Shown: one piece after another, positions 42,017-56,025 of the stretch
How the letters are laid out: each line of letters opens with the position of its first letter
How positions within the stretch are numbered: position 1 is the stretch's first letter
Origin: Octopus vulgaris
Taxonomy: Eukaryota
NCBI GenBank assembly: GCA_951406725.2
Contig: OX597819.1
Coordinates: 109,368,001 to 109,432,000 of the forward strand
Length of the DNA: 64,000 nucleotides
Reading direction: 5' to 3'
Made by a program: the position numbers and the translations under genes
The notes under the pieces: generated by a model
Databases searched by the model: none
What the model was told of the DNA's origin: nothing
The model's input: the letters and a program-made list of their open reading frames with translations, nothing else

Positions 42017-42633
42017 ATATATATATATATATACACACTCGTAGACACACACATACAAACACACACATATATAAATATACATACACCTATGTATATATAT
42101 ACACATACACATATGCATTTACTATGAATAAGATAATCAATAACACCTACTAACCAATGTAAGGTCTGTGCTCATCTGATTCTTGTGATTTTTTGCGGGG
42201 TAATTTTAAATTTATAGAGAAAATTTTCATACACATATATACACATATAAGACACACGCGCGGATAGATCTATATAAGAGTACACAGGCGCTTCTGTCCA
42301 CTCCAACACATGTTTATATGTAAACACACACACACAAACATACATGCATAAGTTTATAATTTGACACATATAAGACAAGCACACGACATGAATAAACATT
42401 GGGAAAATTCATTGCAATAAAAGTAGATGTGCCCGGAGGTTTATTAAGATCATATCAAGCGATGAATATGTCCATCACGTTTCACAACAGCCAGTTCTGA
42501 ATGCAAGTGATAACTTCGATGTCATCAAGCTGTATTGTCAAAATGCAATTACTGACCTCTTGTGGTCACCGCTATTTTAAGCAATAAACGATCTTTTAAC
42601 ACATTCAGATAATGTTGACATACCTATAAAAAG

Positions 42634-42900
42634 GGCCGGATTAAGACCCATAGAGGCCCTAAGCACTTTGAAGGTTTTGGTGCCCTCAAATATATGCAAA
42701 TGGTTCAAAATGCAAACAAAAATAATTCAAAATGTAAACAATAATAAACTATAAAATAAATTTTTATTTTTCAAAATGAAACAAAATTCACTGTAAGATG
42801 CAAAATAATGCTTATTTTTGTATACTTCCACTTTCTCCTTCGTCTTTTTTTCTTTTTTAATTGAAAAGTCTTCGATGATATCATTAAAATTAATTTTACT
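42634..42900 (+). mobile_element. hAT-like MITE fragment
   Basis: terminus-like gggccggattaagacccatagaggccctaagcac; partner end not found. Confidence 0.4.
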
Positions 42901-42937
42901 TAAAATCTTCTACTTCTATACTTAGTAGAGATATAGG

Positions 42938-43308
42938 AGCACTCCGTCGGTTGCGACGATGAGGGTCCCAGCTGATACGATCAACGGAACAGCTTGCTCG
43001 TGATATTAACGTGCAAGTGGCTGAGCACTCCACAGACACGTGTACCCTTAACGTAGTTCTCGGGGAGATTCAGCGTGACACAGAGTGTGACAAGGCCGGC
43101 CCTTTGAAATACAGGTACAAGAGAAACAGGAAGAAAGAGCGAGAGAAAGTTGTGGTGAAAGAGTACAGCAGGGTTCACCACCACCCCCTGCCGGAGCCTC
43201 GTGGAGCTTTAGGTGTTTTCGCTCAATAAACACTCACAATGCCCGGTCTGGGAATCGAAACCGCGATCCTCCGACCGCGAGTCCGCTGCCCTAACCACTG
43301 GGCCATTG
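42938..43308 (-). mobile_element. tRNA(Arg)-like-headed SINE, full length
   Basis: minus-strand head tggcccagtggttagggcagcggactcgcggtcggaggatcgcggtttcgattccc; a 3' fragment of the same family lies at 48741-48817. Confidence 0.8.
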
Positions 43309-43379
43309 AGATAAGGCATTGCGAATATTATTTTAGCTTGTTTAAAGTGATTTCTTTCGTGCCTTAAACCATTTTCATT

Positions 43380-43760
43380 TCTTATTTCTTTATTGCCCAC
43401 AAGGGGCTAAACATAGAGAGGATAAACAAGGATAGACAAAGGGGTTAAATCGATTACATCGACCCCAATGCATAACTGGTACTTAATTTATCGACCCCGA
43501 AAGGATGAAAGGCAAAGTCGACCTCGGTGGAATTTGAACTCCGAACGTAACGGCAGACGAAATACCTATTCCTTTACTACCCACAAGGGGCTAAACACAG
43601 AGAGAACAAACAAGGACAGAGACAGACAAACGGATTAAGTCGATTATATCGACCCCAGTGCGTAACTGGTACTTATTTAATCGACCCCGAAAGGATGAAA
43701 GGCAAAGTCAACCTCGACGGAATTTGAACCCAGAACGTAATGGCAGACGAAATACCGCTA
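43380..43760 (-). mobile_element. SINE family B dimeric copy joined to a family A copy (43760-44025)
   Basis: sequence switches from family B to family A at accgctag (about 43760). Confidence 0.8.
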
Positions 43761-45666
43761 GGTTACGGGGACAGAAACACACGAATACCGGTTGACAATT
43801 GGTGCTGGGGATAAACACAGATATAAATACACACACGCACACACACGCATACACACACACACACACATGCATGCACGACGGGCGTCTTTCATTTTCCGTC
43901 TACCAATCCACTCACAAGGTTTTCGTTGGCCCGATGCTATTGGGAAGGCACTTCCTCAAAGCGCTACACAGTAGGGCCGAACCCGGAACCATGAGACTGG
44001 GAAACAAACTGCTTACCACACAGCTAGCTACACATGCGCATATCACTTCTTAAAACCCGAACCTACATAATTTTGTCCCACCTCTCCACTACATATACAC
44101 ATCCTCATACGTAGTAATATCACAATTCCATATTTCCACTTCTCTTCAAACACAGCAGTCCAACCTTTCAACAACAATTTCGAAATCTGGTTTCAAACCG
44201 ATAAACTATGTTAATACATGCCAAATCGACCATTTATCTCAATAACAGCAACACCAATGAATACTAATTGCAGTTAATCATTACACACAACAACATATAT
44301 ATGCTTCTTACAGAAAATCATTACGTATTACATACATGTCTACAATTGCATACAATGTATCTGCAACATTCGTAACACTATTTACAATAAAGCATATAAA
44401 ATCTCTTATCATCTTGTGGGATGACGTCAGCAGCTGGGGAGCTGACCGAAATTTGGGGCTGACCGGAAGAAGAAGGGGCAGGAATGACGCGCGCGCAGGC
44501 AGGGCAGGATTGGGCCTTTTTTCGATCGAGGTAACCTAAGGAGTCAGACGCGTGAGCACGTTGTTAAGGTAGGGGAGAAGCAGCTGCTATTTCTAGTGTT
44601 CGGGTCGGGCTGCGTTGAAGGGTCCATTACCACTGAGAGGTCTCTGTCTAGCGAAGAGAAGGTAGGTGTCCTTATTTCGAATCTCTCGCATACACCACGC
44701 ATCTTACGTACGGCGGCAATAGAAATATACTACATACACAAAAGTTAAAATATACTTGGGGTTATATTCTACTAAATTCGTACAGTGCATATGGAAGGCA
44801 TAGTGCACAAACGGCGTATAAAAACTGTAAAAAAAGGAAAAAAAACCCCAAGTATATTATTAGCATAAGCCTACTTAGAGCACTGACAGGTATCGCATTT
44901 GGCCATCAGAAAGAAACCCGAGAGACCTTGAAAACATTAATCATTTGGGTAATGTCAATCTTTTCCCGTTCAATAGTAAAATATCACAACCACTGCACAT
45001 TGCCCCAGATGCCAATCCTCACCATCACTGAAGATCTTTCCTAGCTAAAGCATATCCTTAAAATGGCAAATACTGTATCTCAAAGACTGGTCTTTCTCTA
45101 CAGCATCCTCTCCCTCCAAAAAACATTTTAACTTCCGACGATTACTGACTCCCTGTAAAGCTTAGGTGAAACTCACACTGGAGAACTGTACTTCTATATT
45201 TGTGACAGTGCTGCTGCAATACACACAGAGAAAACTTACACAACTGATTGGCTTGAACTCACAAACATACACAAAACTCTGTTATACAAACGTCCTGATT
45301 TCGTCTCCAGCGACTTCAGTCTCTAGCATACCGACTCCTGCTGCATAGAGTTTACTAGTTATGTGCTACTTCTATCAAGGTATTTCTGTGTCATTTGTCT
45401 TTCCTTCTCTCGTCTCACACAGACATTGAGTCTATACCTCCAGGCTTCGTATTAGCTACTATATAATATCCTTTCTGCGCAAGATGTCATTCCTCTATAA
45501 TTCCTTCCATGGCTACGTTGATTTAATTTTTTTCTTTTTTACAGCCGTTGACATGTGATAGTTTAAAGGAATCGTTAACGTAATCAATCTTCCCAGTCTC
45601 AGCGGAAGTGCAAGGATCATAGACAGAGCTCTCAGATCCAACCAAGAGAAGAAGAAATGCGAAAAG

Positions 45667-45700
<34 letters not shown>

Positions 45701-45730
45701 TGTATGTATGTATGTATGTATGTATGTATC

Positions 45731-45803
<73 letters not shown>

Positions 45804-45898
45804 CAAATTTATAAATAGTCTCTGACTATTTCCTTTTTTCTCACTAGACCGCTGGTAGCAAAATAATTTCTGCTGAATTTTTTGCTACCCTATATTGA

Positions 45899-45962
<64 letters not shown>

Positions 45963-46065
45963 GCTATACACATACATAAAGATAATGAGAACAATAGAGA
46001 TTGGAAACCAGAGAGAGCGAAAAAGAGGGGAAAAGAGAGGAAGATTGATAAAATATAAAGTGTTT

Positions 46066-46139
<74 letters not shown>

Positions 46140-47246
46140 AAAAGCGTGAAGGACAGAGAGAAAAGGAGAGGGAGAGAGAGGAGAAAGAGGTTAGGAGATG
46201 GAAAGGTGAATAAAACAAAAAGAGAAAAATGAGGAGAAAGTCTACTTGAATACAGAAACACATTTCAGTGTGGATAGAATGAAAGGATGATTGCGATAAA
46301 AAACAAACAAACAGGAAAGTAAAAAAGAAGAGAAGAACAAAAGAAACAGAAGGAAAGTGAACACGGAAAAAAAGAAAAGAAAAGAATAGAGCAGAAAAAA
46401 AGTCTCCAGCCTCGAAATCAATACTTTGGGTTTAAGGTGAGGTTGACTTCACCTCGTTCTCGTTTATCAACGTCACGAAATCTTAGGGAGATTATATGAA
46501 GACGAGCAATAACATCAGAGCAACAAGAAGAACAATAACAACATTAACAACAAGAATAACAACATTAATAACAATAATATAGTTTCAAATTTAGAAATAA
46601 CCGAGTCACACTCAATGTACAACTTAATGTCATATGAACAGGAAGAACATATTGCATGAGGTAGTCCAAGATACACTAGGTCTGAAAATAAGATGAGGTG
46701 TAAGGTCAAGGACAGGATAATGTGTGTGTAAGATCTAACTGGCTACAATGTAATATTTAGGACGGTTGTGTTTGTTTATGATATATGTTTATAGAGGTTA
46801 TTAGGTTTATTGTAATTACATTGAATAAGGCAGTTCGTAAATGGTTGAAACGTGGTCAGAGTTAAACGCTGGAGGAAAGGGTGTGGATGGAAGGAAGACA
46901 ACGATGAACTGTAGTAGAAGTCTGATGGAGAGTGTAGAGAGAAATCTAAATTTATGATCATTTGTAAATTATTGCAAATTGGACAAGGACTGGTTGGTGG
47001 AATATTAAGGTTAATCAAAATTTAAATATTTAAATGTGATTTTGATGTAATAACTAATGAGTGTAGGTTGGTTTGTCGTTTCTTAAGAATAATCGAAAGC
47101 GTAAGATATAAGAGAGTAATATTAACCCTGCGTGACAATGTTATGAAGTAGGTAATAAATTTTACAGACACTGGTTGAAGGATTCAGCAGAATAATAGCT
47201 CGGTAAGAAAAGAGCTGAAAGTCATCTCAGTTAATACAATGACAAA

Positions 47247-47635
47247 TCTCTCTATAAAGCTGAAGTTGTCTGTGTGTGGCAGGTTTGGTAGCCTTCAACT
47301 AACACTATCTCCTTCGAGACCCTGCGGCACAAATTGACCAAAATTGAGAGTATGATAGAAGAAGGCTTGCTCTTTCTTACATAGAAGAAAAAATTCAAAT
47401 TTGACCATATTAACACCAAAAATTATTTACATCAAAAAGGTGCTTTTTTTCTATGAAAATCCCTATTTTTTACGATTTTTTTTACTGCTGTGTCGCCATT
47501 TTACGGTGTATTTCAACCAGAAAAATTTTCACCTAAAGAGAATAACAAGCTACATAATGCAAAATTTTTACTTTTCAAAAATTCCAATTCTAAAGGGTCG
47601 AAACTAACCCGAGCAACACCGGGCGATACTGCTAG
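47247..47635 (+). mobile_element. non-autonomous Helitron
   Basis: A|TCTCTCTATAAAG start, hairpin cccgagcaacaccggg, CTAG|T end. Confidence 0.8.
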
Positions 47636-48817
47636 TGATTACATAAAATATCAAGTGAGGAAGTTTGTTCTATTGAGTAAAGTGGAGTAAAATGCTCATA
47701 CTATAAAAAAAATCACTACATGGTATAAGTGTGTAGTTGATGTTGCAGTGATGTGTTAAATATTTATGATAGAGAAGATTACAAGTTTTAAGTGTTGGGA
47801 AGTTTTAAATGTTCCATGTGGGTAGAAGGAAACACATTCAGAAAAACCTTTAAGTAGCTCTATTTTCACGAATTTCAAAGCTCTCTGTTGCCAATTATGT
47901 ACATATATAAGATATGGCCATCTTAATAAAATTAGATTACACTTAATACTAAATGACATCGACATCGCCTTTCAGATAAGTTATCTTTAAATTATAACTT
48001 TATAATTATATTAGCTCCTGACTTACATTTTTACATTATGCTTACAAATACAATTTTAGGCTTCTATTAACATCCTTTCAGCTTCTCTGTATCGATTCTC
48101 CTAATTACCACCTATAATATTAATGTTTGTTTTTTCCCCAAGGAAACATTAATACAAATATAGATATAATTACACTAAAATCCATTACCATATTTACTTC
48201 CTAGTTTAAACCATGTTTTTAAAATATTGCATTTCTCTGGATACTATTTTATTTTTGTATCATTTAAATTATACATTCTACATTTATATTTATCTTTAAA
48301 AAACCCCTAAAACTACATTATCATAAAACAACACCGTATCCGCTGCATGGTTCTGTGAACTTAATATTTTACATACTATACACACTCTATACACCTTACA
48401 TAACTGCAGTTTATACAATTTCTTGCAAAATAATATTCTATTATGTTAGATATTAAATATTTAAATGACCATATAATTGCATATAGCTCTGAATAAATTA
48501 GCAGGGCCTTTAATGGCTTTGTTAGTATACACACAGAGTCAGCGTCCTACAAATTTAAACATGTGATGCAAACATAGCTAAACTGGATATAGAAAATGTT
48601 CATACGCATATTACACTGTATTTCCATCTCAACCCATACTATTAGTATGTTTTCCGTTACCCATTTACATGCATACATACATTCATACATATGTGTGCCT
48701 ATGCATATATACATGTATACATGTATATATATATATATTGAAGCACTCCGTCGGTTACGACAACGAGGGTTCCGGTTGATCCGATCAACGGAACAGCCTG
48801 CTCGTGAAATTAACGTG

Positions 48818-48901
<84 letters not shown>

Positions 48902-48985
48902 TATATATATGTATAATTATACATACATACATATGTGTGTGTGTGTATGTATATATACATATATATGTATATATGTACGTATGTA

Positions 48986-50287
48986 CGAGAGGAAGTGAAA
49001 AATTATCCGCCCTTTTGCCATAACATATCTTTATCATTGTCATATTCCCTTCTGCGCATGCTTGCTTATAGTTGGTACTATTGTGGTAACGTGATCGAAG
49101 TTTGAGCCTGATCGCACCAGTTTTCTTTCTGGCTTTACAGTGTAAGCATGGCCGCTCCACTAGCAATGTACACCAAAGAAGAAGAAAGAGCAATGATCCG
49201 ATTTCTCTGGTCGGAAGGTGTGTCAGGTGCTGAAATTCAACGGAGGCTTTTAGCACAATACAGATACAGTGCAGTATCGCGTAGAAGTGTGTATGAGTGG
49301 GTCGAAAAGCTTAAAAGTGGCCTGACAAGCGTGATGCACAAAGAGGGACTAGGAGGTCCGTCAACCTCCACCACTGACGAGAAGATTCAGCAAGCTCGAG
49401 AGATGATAATGCTGAACCGTCATGACGTAACTCGTTCTCTGCAGATTAGTCATGGTTCTGCTTATCAAACCATCGACGATGAAGCTCGGCTTACATAAAG
49501 TCTGTGCAAGATGGATGTCAAGAGAGCTTACTGCAGAGCACCAGCGCAAACGCCCCGAGGTCTGCCAACGTTTACTCGATCGCTACAACAATGAAGGCGA
49601 GGAATTTTTGAGCAGAATAGACACAGGAGATGCAACATGGGCTCATTATTATGAGGCAGAATACAAAACACAGAGTATAGAGTGGAAGCCTCCTGGCTCG
49701 CCAGCGGCGAAGAAATTCAAGACTCAGTCTTCCGCTGGAAAGGTGATGCTAACCCTTTTTGGGAACTCAAAAGGGCCTTTACTGGAAGATTACCTGGTAA
49801 AGGGGTGTACGACCAACAGTGCATGATATAGTGCTTTGCTGGCCAACAAACCGAAGCCAGTAATTCGCACCAAACGTCGAAGCCTATTGTCGAAGAAAGT
49901 TTTGTAGTTGCATGACAATACACACCCACTCACGGCCGCCCAGACCGTTTAAACCATTAACCAATTGGGTTTTGAGGTGCTGGAACGCCCTGCCTACAGC
50001 CTACATCTCGCCCCTTCCGACTATCACATCTTTGGACCGCTCAAAGATAGTTTACGAGGTTGTCGACTTCCTGCGGATGAAGATGTGAAGGAAGCGGTGC
50101 ACAAATGGCTGCACGACCAACCAAAAAACCTTCTTCTTGGAGGGAATACGCAAGCTTGTGGACCGCTGGACCAAGTGCATCGAAAAGGAAGGAGGCTATA
50201 TAGAAAAAACGATGTACTTGTTTATCCCCTGCTTTTGAGAAAATACATTGAAAATACAAGAGTGTGTATAACTTTTGACTCCCCTTT
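48986..50287 (+). mobile_element. full-length mariner (DD34D) element with pseudogenised transposase
   Basis: imperfect TIRs with TA flanks; transposase from 49148 with WMSREL, TGDATW, LHDNTPTH, YSLHLAPSDYHIF; frameshifts and stops. Confidence 0.9.
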
Positions 50288-50414
50288 TATAGATACATAT
50301 ATACAAACATAAACACATATTTGCATATATGCATATGTACACACACACACATATATTTACAAACATACACACAAATACACAGTCACACACATACACAGTT
50401 ACACACAGAGATAT

Positions 50415-50600
50415 CATTTGATGTCCACTTTCCATGCTGGTATGGGTGGGACGGTTTGTCCGGGAACTGGCGAGCTACAGAGCTGCTTCGTGCTCCAATG
50501 TTGTCTTTGGCATGGTTTCTACGGCCGGATGCCCTTCCTAACGCCAACCACTTCTCAGAGTGTACTGAGTATACTGAGTGCCATCAACACTAGTGAAGTT
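50415..50600 (-). mobile_element. retroelement fragment with conserved ggttggcgttaggaagggcatccggccgtagaaa motif
   Basis: motif recalled from invertebrate RTE-related SINE/LINE repeats; single copy in this window. Confidence 0.5.
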
Positions 50601-50668
50601 ACCATGTGTAACTTGCAAGACAGAAAAAAAACAGAGTAAAAGGAAATGGAAAAAGTTCTTACTACTAT

Positions 50669-51075
50669 AGGCGCAGGAGTGGCTGTGTGGTAAGTAGCTT
50701 GCTTACCAATCCCTTGGTTCCAGGTTCATTCCCACTTCGTGGCACCTTGGGCAAGTGTCTTCGACTATAGCCTCGGACCGACCAAAGCCTTGTGAGTGGA
50801 TTTGGTAGGCGGAAACTGAAAGAAGCTGATCGTATATATGTATATATATGTGTGTGAGTATATGCTTGTGTGTCTGTGTTTGTCCCCCAACATCGCTTGA
50901 CAACTGATGCTGGTGTGTTTACGTCCCCGTATCTTAGCTGTTCGGCAAAAGACACCGATAGAATAAGTACTAGGCTTACAAAGAATAAGTCCTGGGGTCG
51001 ATTTGCTCGATTAAAGGCGATGCTCCAGCATGACCGAAGTCAAATGACTGAAACAAGTAAAAGAGCAAAAGAGTA
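50669..51075 (+). mobile_element. SINE family A, full length
   Basis: head, CORE-like ccttgggcaagtgtctt, tail with cagtc/gactg-type hairpin and A-rich end. Confidence 0.9.
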
Positions 51076-51399
51076 CTAAGTGGAAGTATTTCGGAGGGGA
51101 AGGTAGAGGTGGGTGGCTGCATGCCAGGTGTTGGAAAGTTAAAGTATGTTAGAGGGATAAGCACAGGTGTCTTGCTATGGAGAAGATGTATGGCTGAAGG
51201 AGATAAGAGGAAGGTAGTGATGGCGTGCTAGAGTAAACTCACAAGGAACAAGGAGTGAGCATAAAAGAGGACACGGACAATGGATGTCGGAAGGAATGGT
51301 TTCATATGAGTGTGAGGAGGGAGTAAGCGGATGGACAAGCGTGGGGGTACAGATGATGAGAAATACCAGTATGCAGTGGGGTATGGTGGGATATATATA

Positions 51400-51632
51400 T
51401 GTTTCTTTATTGCCCACAAGGGGCTAAACATAGAAGGGACAAACAAGGACAGACAAAGGGATTAAATCGATTACATCGACCCCAGTGCAAAACTAGTACT
51501 TTATTTATCGACCCCGAAAAGGGTGAAAGGCAAAGTCGATCTCGGCGGAATTTGAACTCAGAACGTAACAACAGACGAAATACCGCTAAGCATTTCGCCC
51601 AGCGCGCTGACGTTTCTGCCAGCTCACCGCCA
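51400..51632 (-). mobile_element. SINE family B copy
   Basis: full head, core and tail. Confidence 0.85.
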
Positions 51633-51990
51633 GGAATGGCTCAGGAAGGAGATGGAACAGAAACTAGTAGACTGATACGCAAAGTGTGGGAGCAGCGGAG
51701 AGGGGGATATGGGGATACATAAAGGGCTAAAAAATGTGGGTCATGAAGGTACATATGGGAAATCTATAAGTATATATATAAAGTCGCTACGAGATAAGAT
51801 CAGGCATATTTCGTACATATCAGGCATCAGTGGCTGGTTCTTTTTCTTTACTCATTTATTGTAGCCCCATATATTTAATATATATAGTCATTGATTGAGC
51901 ACTTTTGATGAAATAATACGTTACTAAGACTACTTATTAGAGTATGTATGTGTCTTATTACAGGGTGTATACACACACACACATACACAC

Positions 51991-52042
<52 letters not shown>

Positions 52043-52572
52043 ATGTGTGTATGAATACAGTTTTCTTCTTAATTTCCCTTTCTTAATTAGTTTCCTACAC
52101 ACTATATCTAATCATTTTGCATCTATTTCATTTCTACGCTAATTAATCGATATTTTCCACAAGAATAATTAGGACAGTATTTTAAACGTTTTCCGCTATA
52201 ATTTTTTTCTGTATTTCTGGGCCAGAGTATTTTTACCAAACTAAAGCTTAAATAGCAGTCATTTTTCTCTCTCAAAATACCAATAGAAAATAACAACTCA
52301 ACATCTTTTCTATTTCTTTTACACTGTAAGATAGCTTACATACATAACTGCAATACTCCTCCACATACATACGTGTGCACACACATACATGCATACATAC
52401 ATACATTTATACACACATACATACATACATACATACATACATACATACATACATACATACATACATACATACATACATACATACATACGAATATACATAC
52501 ATAAATACATTCGTATATACGTGTATACATACTCTCAGTCTCTATTTGACGTATACGTACGTACCTACCTAC

Positions 52573-52603
<31 letters not shown>

Positions 52604-52688
52604 CATACATACATACATACACACACACATATATATATATATACGTCAAAACAGAAGAATGGAAGAATTTGGTATATTTTTAACGTCG

Positions 52689-52780
52689 TGTTACATTTGT
52701 TTCGTTACAGGATAGGAGTTACAAAAGTATACACGTCGAAGAAACATGTATAGAATCTCTTATCCGTAGTTCTTCAGACA
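52689..52780 (-). ncRNA. type I hammerhead with extended stem II
   Basis: tgt-CTGAAGA-[about 65-nt hairpin]-GAAAC-aaat-GTA-aca; flanks 52651-52682 and 52787-52820 are also complementary. Confidence 0.7.
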
Positions 52781-52976
52781 AAGTTTTAAAAATATACCAA
52801 ATTTTCCCAGGCTTTTGTTCTGATATGTAATTACTCTGCAAATAGAATTCACCATAAATTTCAAATGCTATGTATATCTCAATCAAAATAAAACATCTTT
52901 ATGCATACATTTCATTGCTGTGAACATGCAGGTGTGCTTCGCGAGGACACATCTTGGATTATTACCTTTATATACA

Positions 52977-53106
<130 letters not shown>

Positions 53107-53145
53107 TTACACTCACGCTCTCACACACACACATACACACAGACA

Positions 53146-53188
<43 letters not shown>

Positions 53189-53441
53189 GTGAACGAAAGT
53201 AGCACTCAACAGATTTGGTTAGAGTTACATATATTTTTAATAACAGCGTGACTCAGCTCCACTTGGCTGAAAGTGTTTTGGGGCGTGTGAGGCATGTAGA
53301 GATGAATAAAACTATCTATATATGAATACTTTTCTCGCTGTATTGCGTCTTCGATTCTTTTTTGCATCTGATATTTTATTTTTGTTCTCCTATATAAATG
53401 AAGATATATCCTTCAATTGGCCTCTTTTCTTTACACGAAAT

Positions 53442-53671
53442 GAGGAGATACATTGCGGAACTGTTTATTTTAACGAGTTATATCTATTTATCACCTGAAG
53501 AGACACATCTGTATCGTCGGAGGCTCCTGAACCAGTTGTTAAGTATTCCACACGTGGAGGAGATACATTGCGGAACTGTTTATTTTAACGAGTTATATCT
53601 ATTTATCACCTGAAGAGACACATCTGTATCGTCGGAGGCTCCTGAACCAGTTGTTAAATATTCCACACGTG
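53442..53671 (+). repeat. 115-bp tandem duplication of the 5' part of an HHR-bearing element
   Basis: 53442-53556 nearly identical to 53557-53671. Confidence 0.9.
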
Positions 53672-53710
53672 AAGGATCGATGCTAGATCTGTCAAAACAA
53701 CTGTCGCGAT
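53605..53710 (+). ncRNA. type I hammerhead with extended stem II (GAAA mutated)
   Basis: atcac-CTGAAGA-gacacatctgtatcg...cgatgctagatctgtc-AAAAC-aact-GTC-gcgat, followed by aataaa. Confidence 0.65.
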
Positions 53711-53981
53711 TAATAAAAAATCTCGTATCTTCCATCTTCCGCTTTTCATTTACCCCCCTCCCCCGCACAGTGTAAAATAAGAAATAGAAAGTCCTTGGTA
53801 CTGTATTATATATTAGAAAACAAAATGAATGGAAAATTATTTTCTGATAATTTTTCGACTTTTTTGTAAACATCTAATTATTGAAGTGGAAAAATCATCA
53901 GAAAAGTAATTTCTATCCACTTTTTCAAATATATATAGGGAGAGTTTACGAAAAAATCAAAAGACGAAGACAGGTGGTGTA

Positions 53982-54012
<31 letters not shown>

Positions 54013-54058
54013 TGTATGTATGTATGTATGTATGTATGTATGTATGTATGTATGTATG

Positions 54059-54134
<76 letters not shown>

Positions 54135-54719
54135 TTTGTGCGCGTCTTTGTATGTGGGCATATATATGTATGCACATATATTTGTGTCTTTAAATCTAAC
54201 GAATTTAACGATGGAACCTTCTAAACTATGAAACTATTCTTCATGTAAGGTGACAACTTTAATATACTTTCATGCATATACGTACACATATACACATATA
54301 AGCAAAGCCATACTTGATGCAATATTTAAAAGTATCTCGCTCTTACGATATAATGTATTCAGAAAATATGCATAAAAAATTCTTGAGCTGTAGATCGTAA
54401 CGGAAAGCCATCCTATGTCTCGCGTGTCTATTGCTCCATTAATAAGGGTTTATTCAGAAAATATTCATAAGAAGCAGCCTATCAGCGAATGGTCTCTGAT
54501 AGCTAAGAAAATATATTCGTGTGTTGCATATATTTAACCGAGAAGTTTGTTGTGAACGCATCGTATGAAGATCTTATCACTGCAGCCATCACCGAATTAG
54601 ATGGAGAATATCTTTCAATCATGGCATAGTAGTCTTAAATAAATATAACAAGAAAGGAACAAAACGAAGACATGAGTAGACATTATATTGATATATATAG
54701 CTGAGGCTTAGGGTATCAG

Positions 54720-54925
54720 GCGGGCTGGCAGAATTGTTTGCATGCTATGCTTAGCAACCTTTTGCCCATCTTTACGTTTTGAGTTCAAATTCCACCGAGG
54801 TCTACTTTGCCTTTCATCCTTTCAGGGGTGGATAAAATAAGTACCAGTTGAGCACTGGGGTTGATGTAATCGTCTTAACCACTCTCCAGAAATCGATGGC
54901 CTTGTGCCAAAATTTGAAACCAATA
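54720..54925 (+). mobile_element. SINE family B copy
   Basis: head, B box and core on the plus strand. Confidence 0.8.
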
Positions 54926-54953
54926 TACAGCGAGGCAATCCTCATAAATTTAC

Positions 54954-55026
<73 letters not shown>

Positions 55027-55185
55027 TGCTTTTGATAATAGGTTTGCGAGACCAGGGACTAAGCGGCAATGTAAACCTACTTGAAGTTTGGCATGTGTGT
55101 TACAGAACGACATGAACGACTTCAACATTAACAACAACAGTAACGACAATACAGTTCTATATTTAAGAGATGAGGGATTATGTAC

Positions 55186-55411
55186 ATTATTTACATTATT
55201 TACACTATTTACGTTTGACGGATATTTGTCCTCATCTTGTTTGTTGTTAACACAACGTTTCGGATCATATACCCACCAGCCTTCAGTAGATGTCTTGGGG
55301 AAGTTTCGAACCTGTGTTCTCATTCCTAAGTTATTTTTCGATGTTATTATTATTATGGTTAAGAGCGCGGGCTACTAACCCCAAGATTCTGACTTCGATT
55401 CCAGGCAGTGA

Positions 55412-55488
<77 letters not shown>

Positions 55489-55807
55489 TAGAGGTAACTA
55501 GAATGTGGAATCTGAAAACAGAAACAATTCCTATCATAGTAGGTGCATTAGGCATGATAAAAAAATATTCAGACAAATCCATAACAAAAACACCAGGACT
55601 TACAAACACATATAACATACAGAAAATTGCACTACTAGGCACTGCACACATCCTACGCAGAACACTTTCCATACAATAACCATCAGAGCATCACAACAAA
55701 TCACAGCACATACCCAAGGCACACAGAGCTGCGCTCGGTAGTGAAGTGAAAGCACGCTATAAAAATAAAACTACTGAATAATAATAATAATAATAATAAT
55801 GATAAGG

Positions 55808-55859
<52 letters not shown>

Positions 55860-56025
55860 CAACAACAACAACAACAATAACATCGAAAAATACCTTAGGA
55901 ATGAGAACACAGGTTCGAAATTTCTCCAAGACACCTCATGAAGGCTGGAGGGTATATGAGCCGAAACGTTGTGTTAACAACAAACAAGATGAGGACAAAT
56001 ATACGTCGAATGTTAATAATGTAAA
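55186..56025. mobile_element. composite element: inverted HHR arm, tRNA-like segment, (AAT)n, HHR arm
   Basis: 55190-55350 is the reverse complement of 55875-56025; HHR motifs at 55249-55294 (-) and 55930-55975 (+); tRNA-like 55356-55415. Confidence 0.75.
55488..55776 (+). mobile_element. 3' end of a second Dong/R4-type LINE inserted in (TAA)n
   Basis: IEVTRMWNLKTETIPIIVGALG...IQKIALLGTAHILRRTL* plus 3' UTR; (TAA)n on both sides. Confidence 0.85.
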
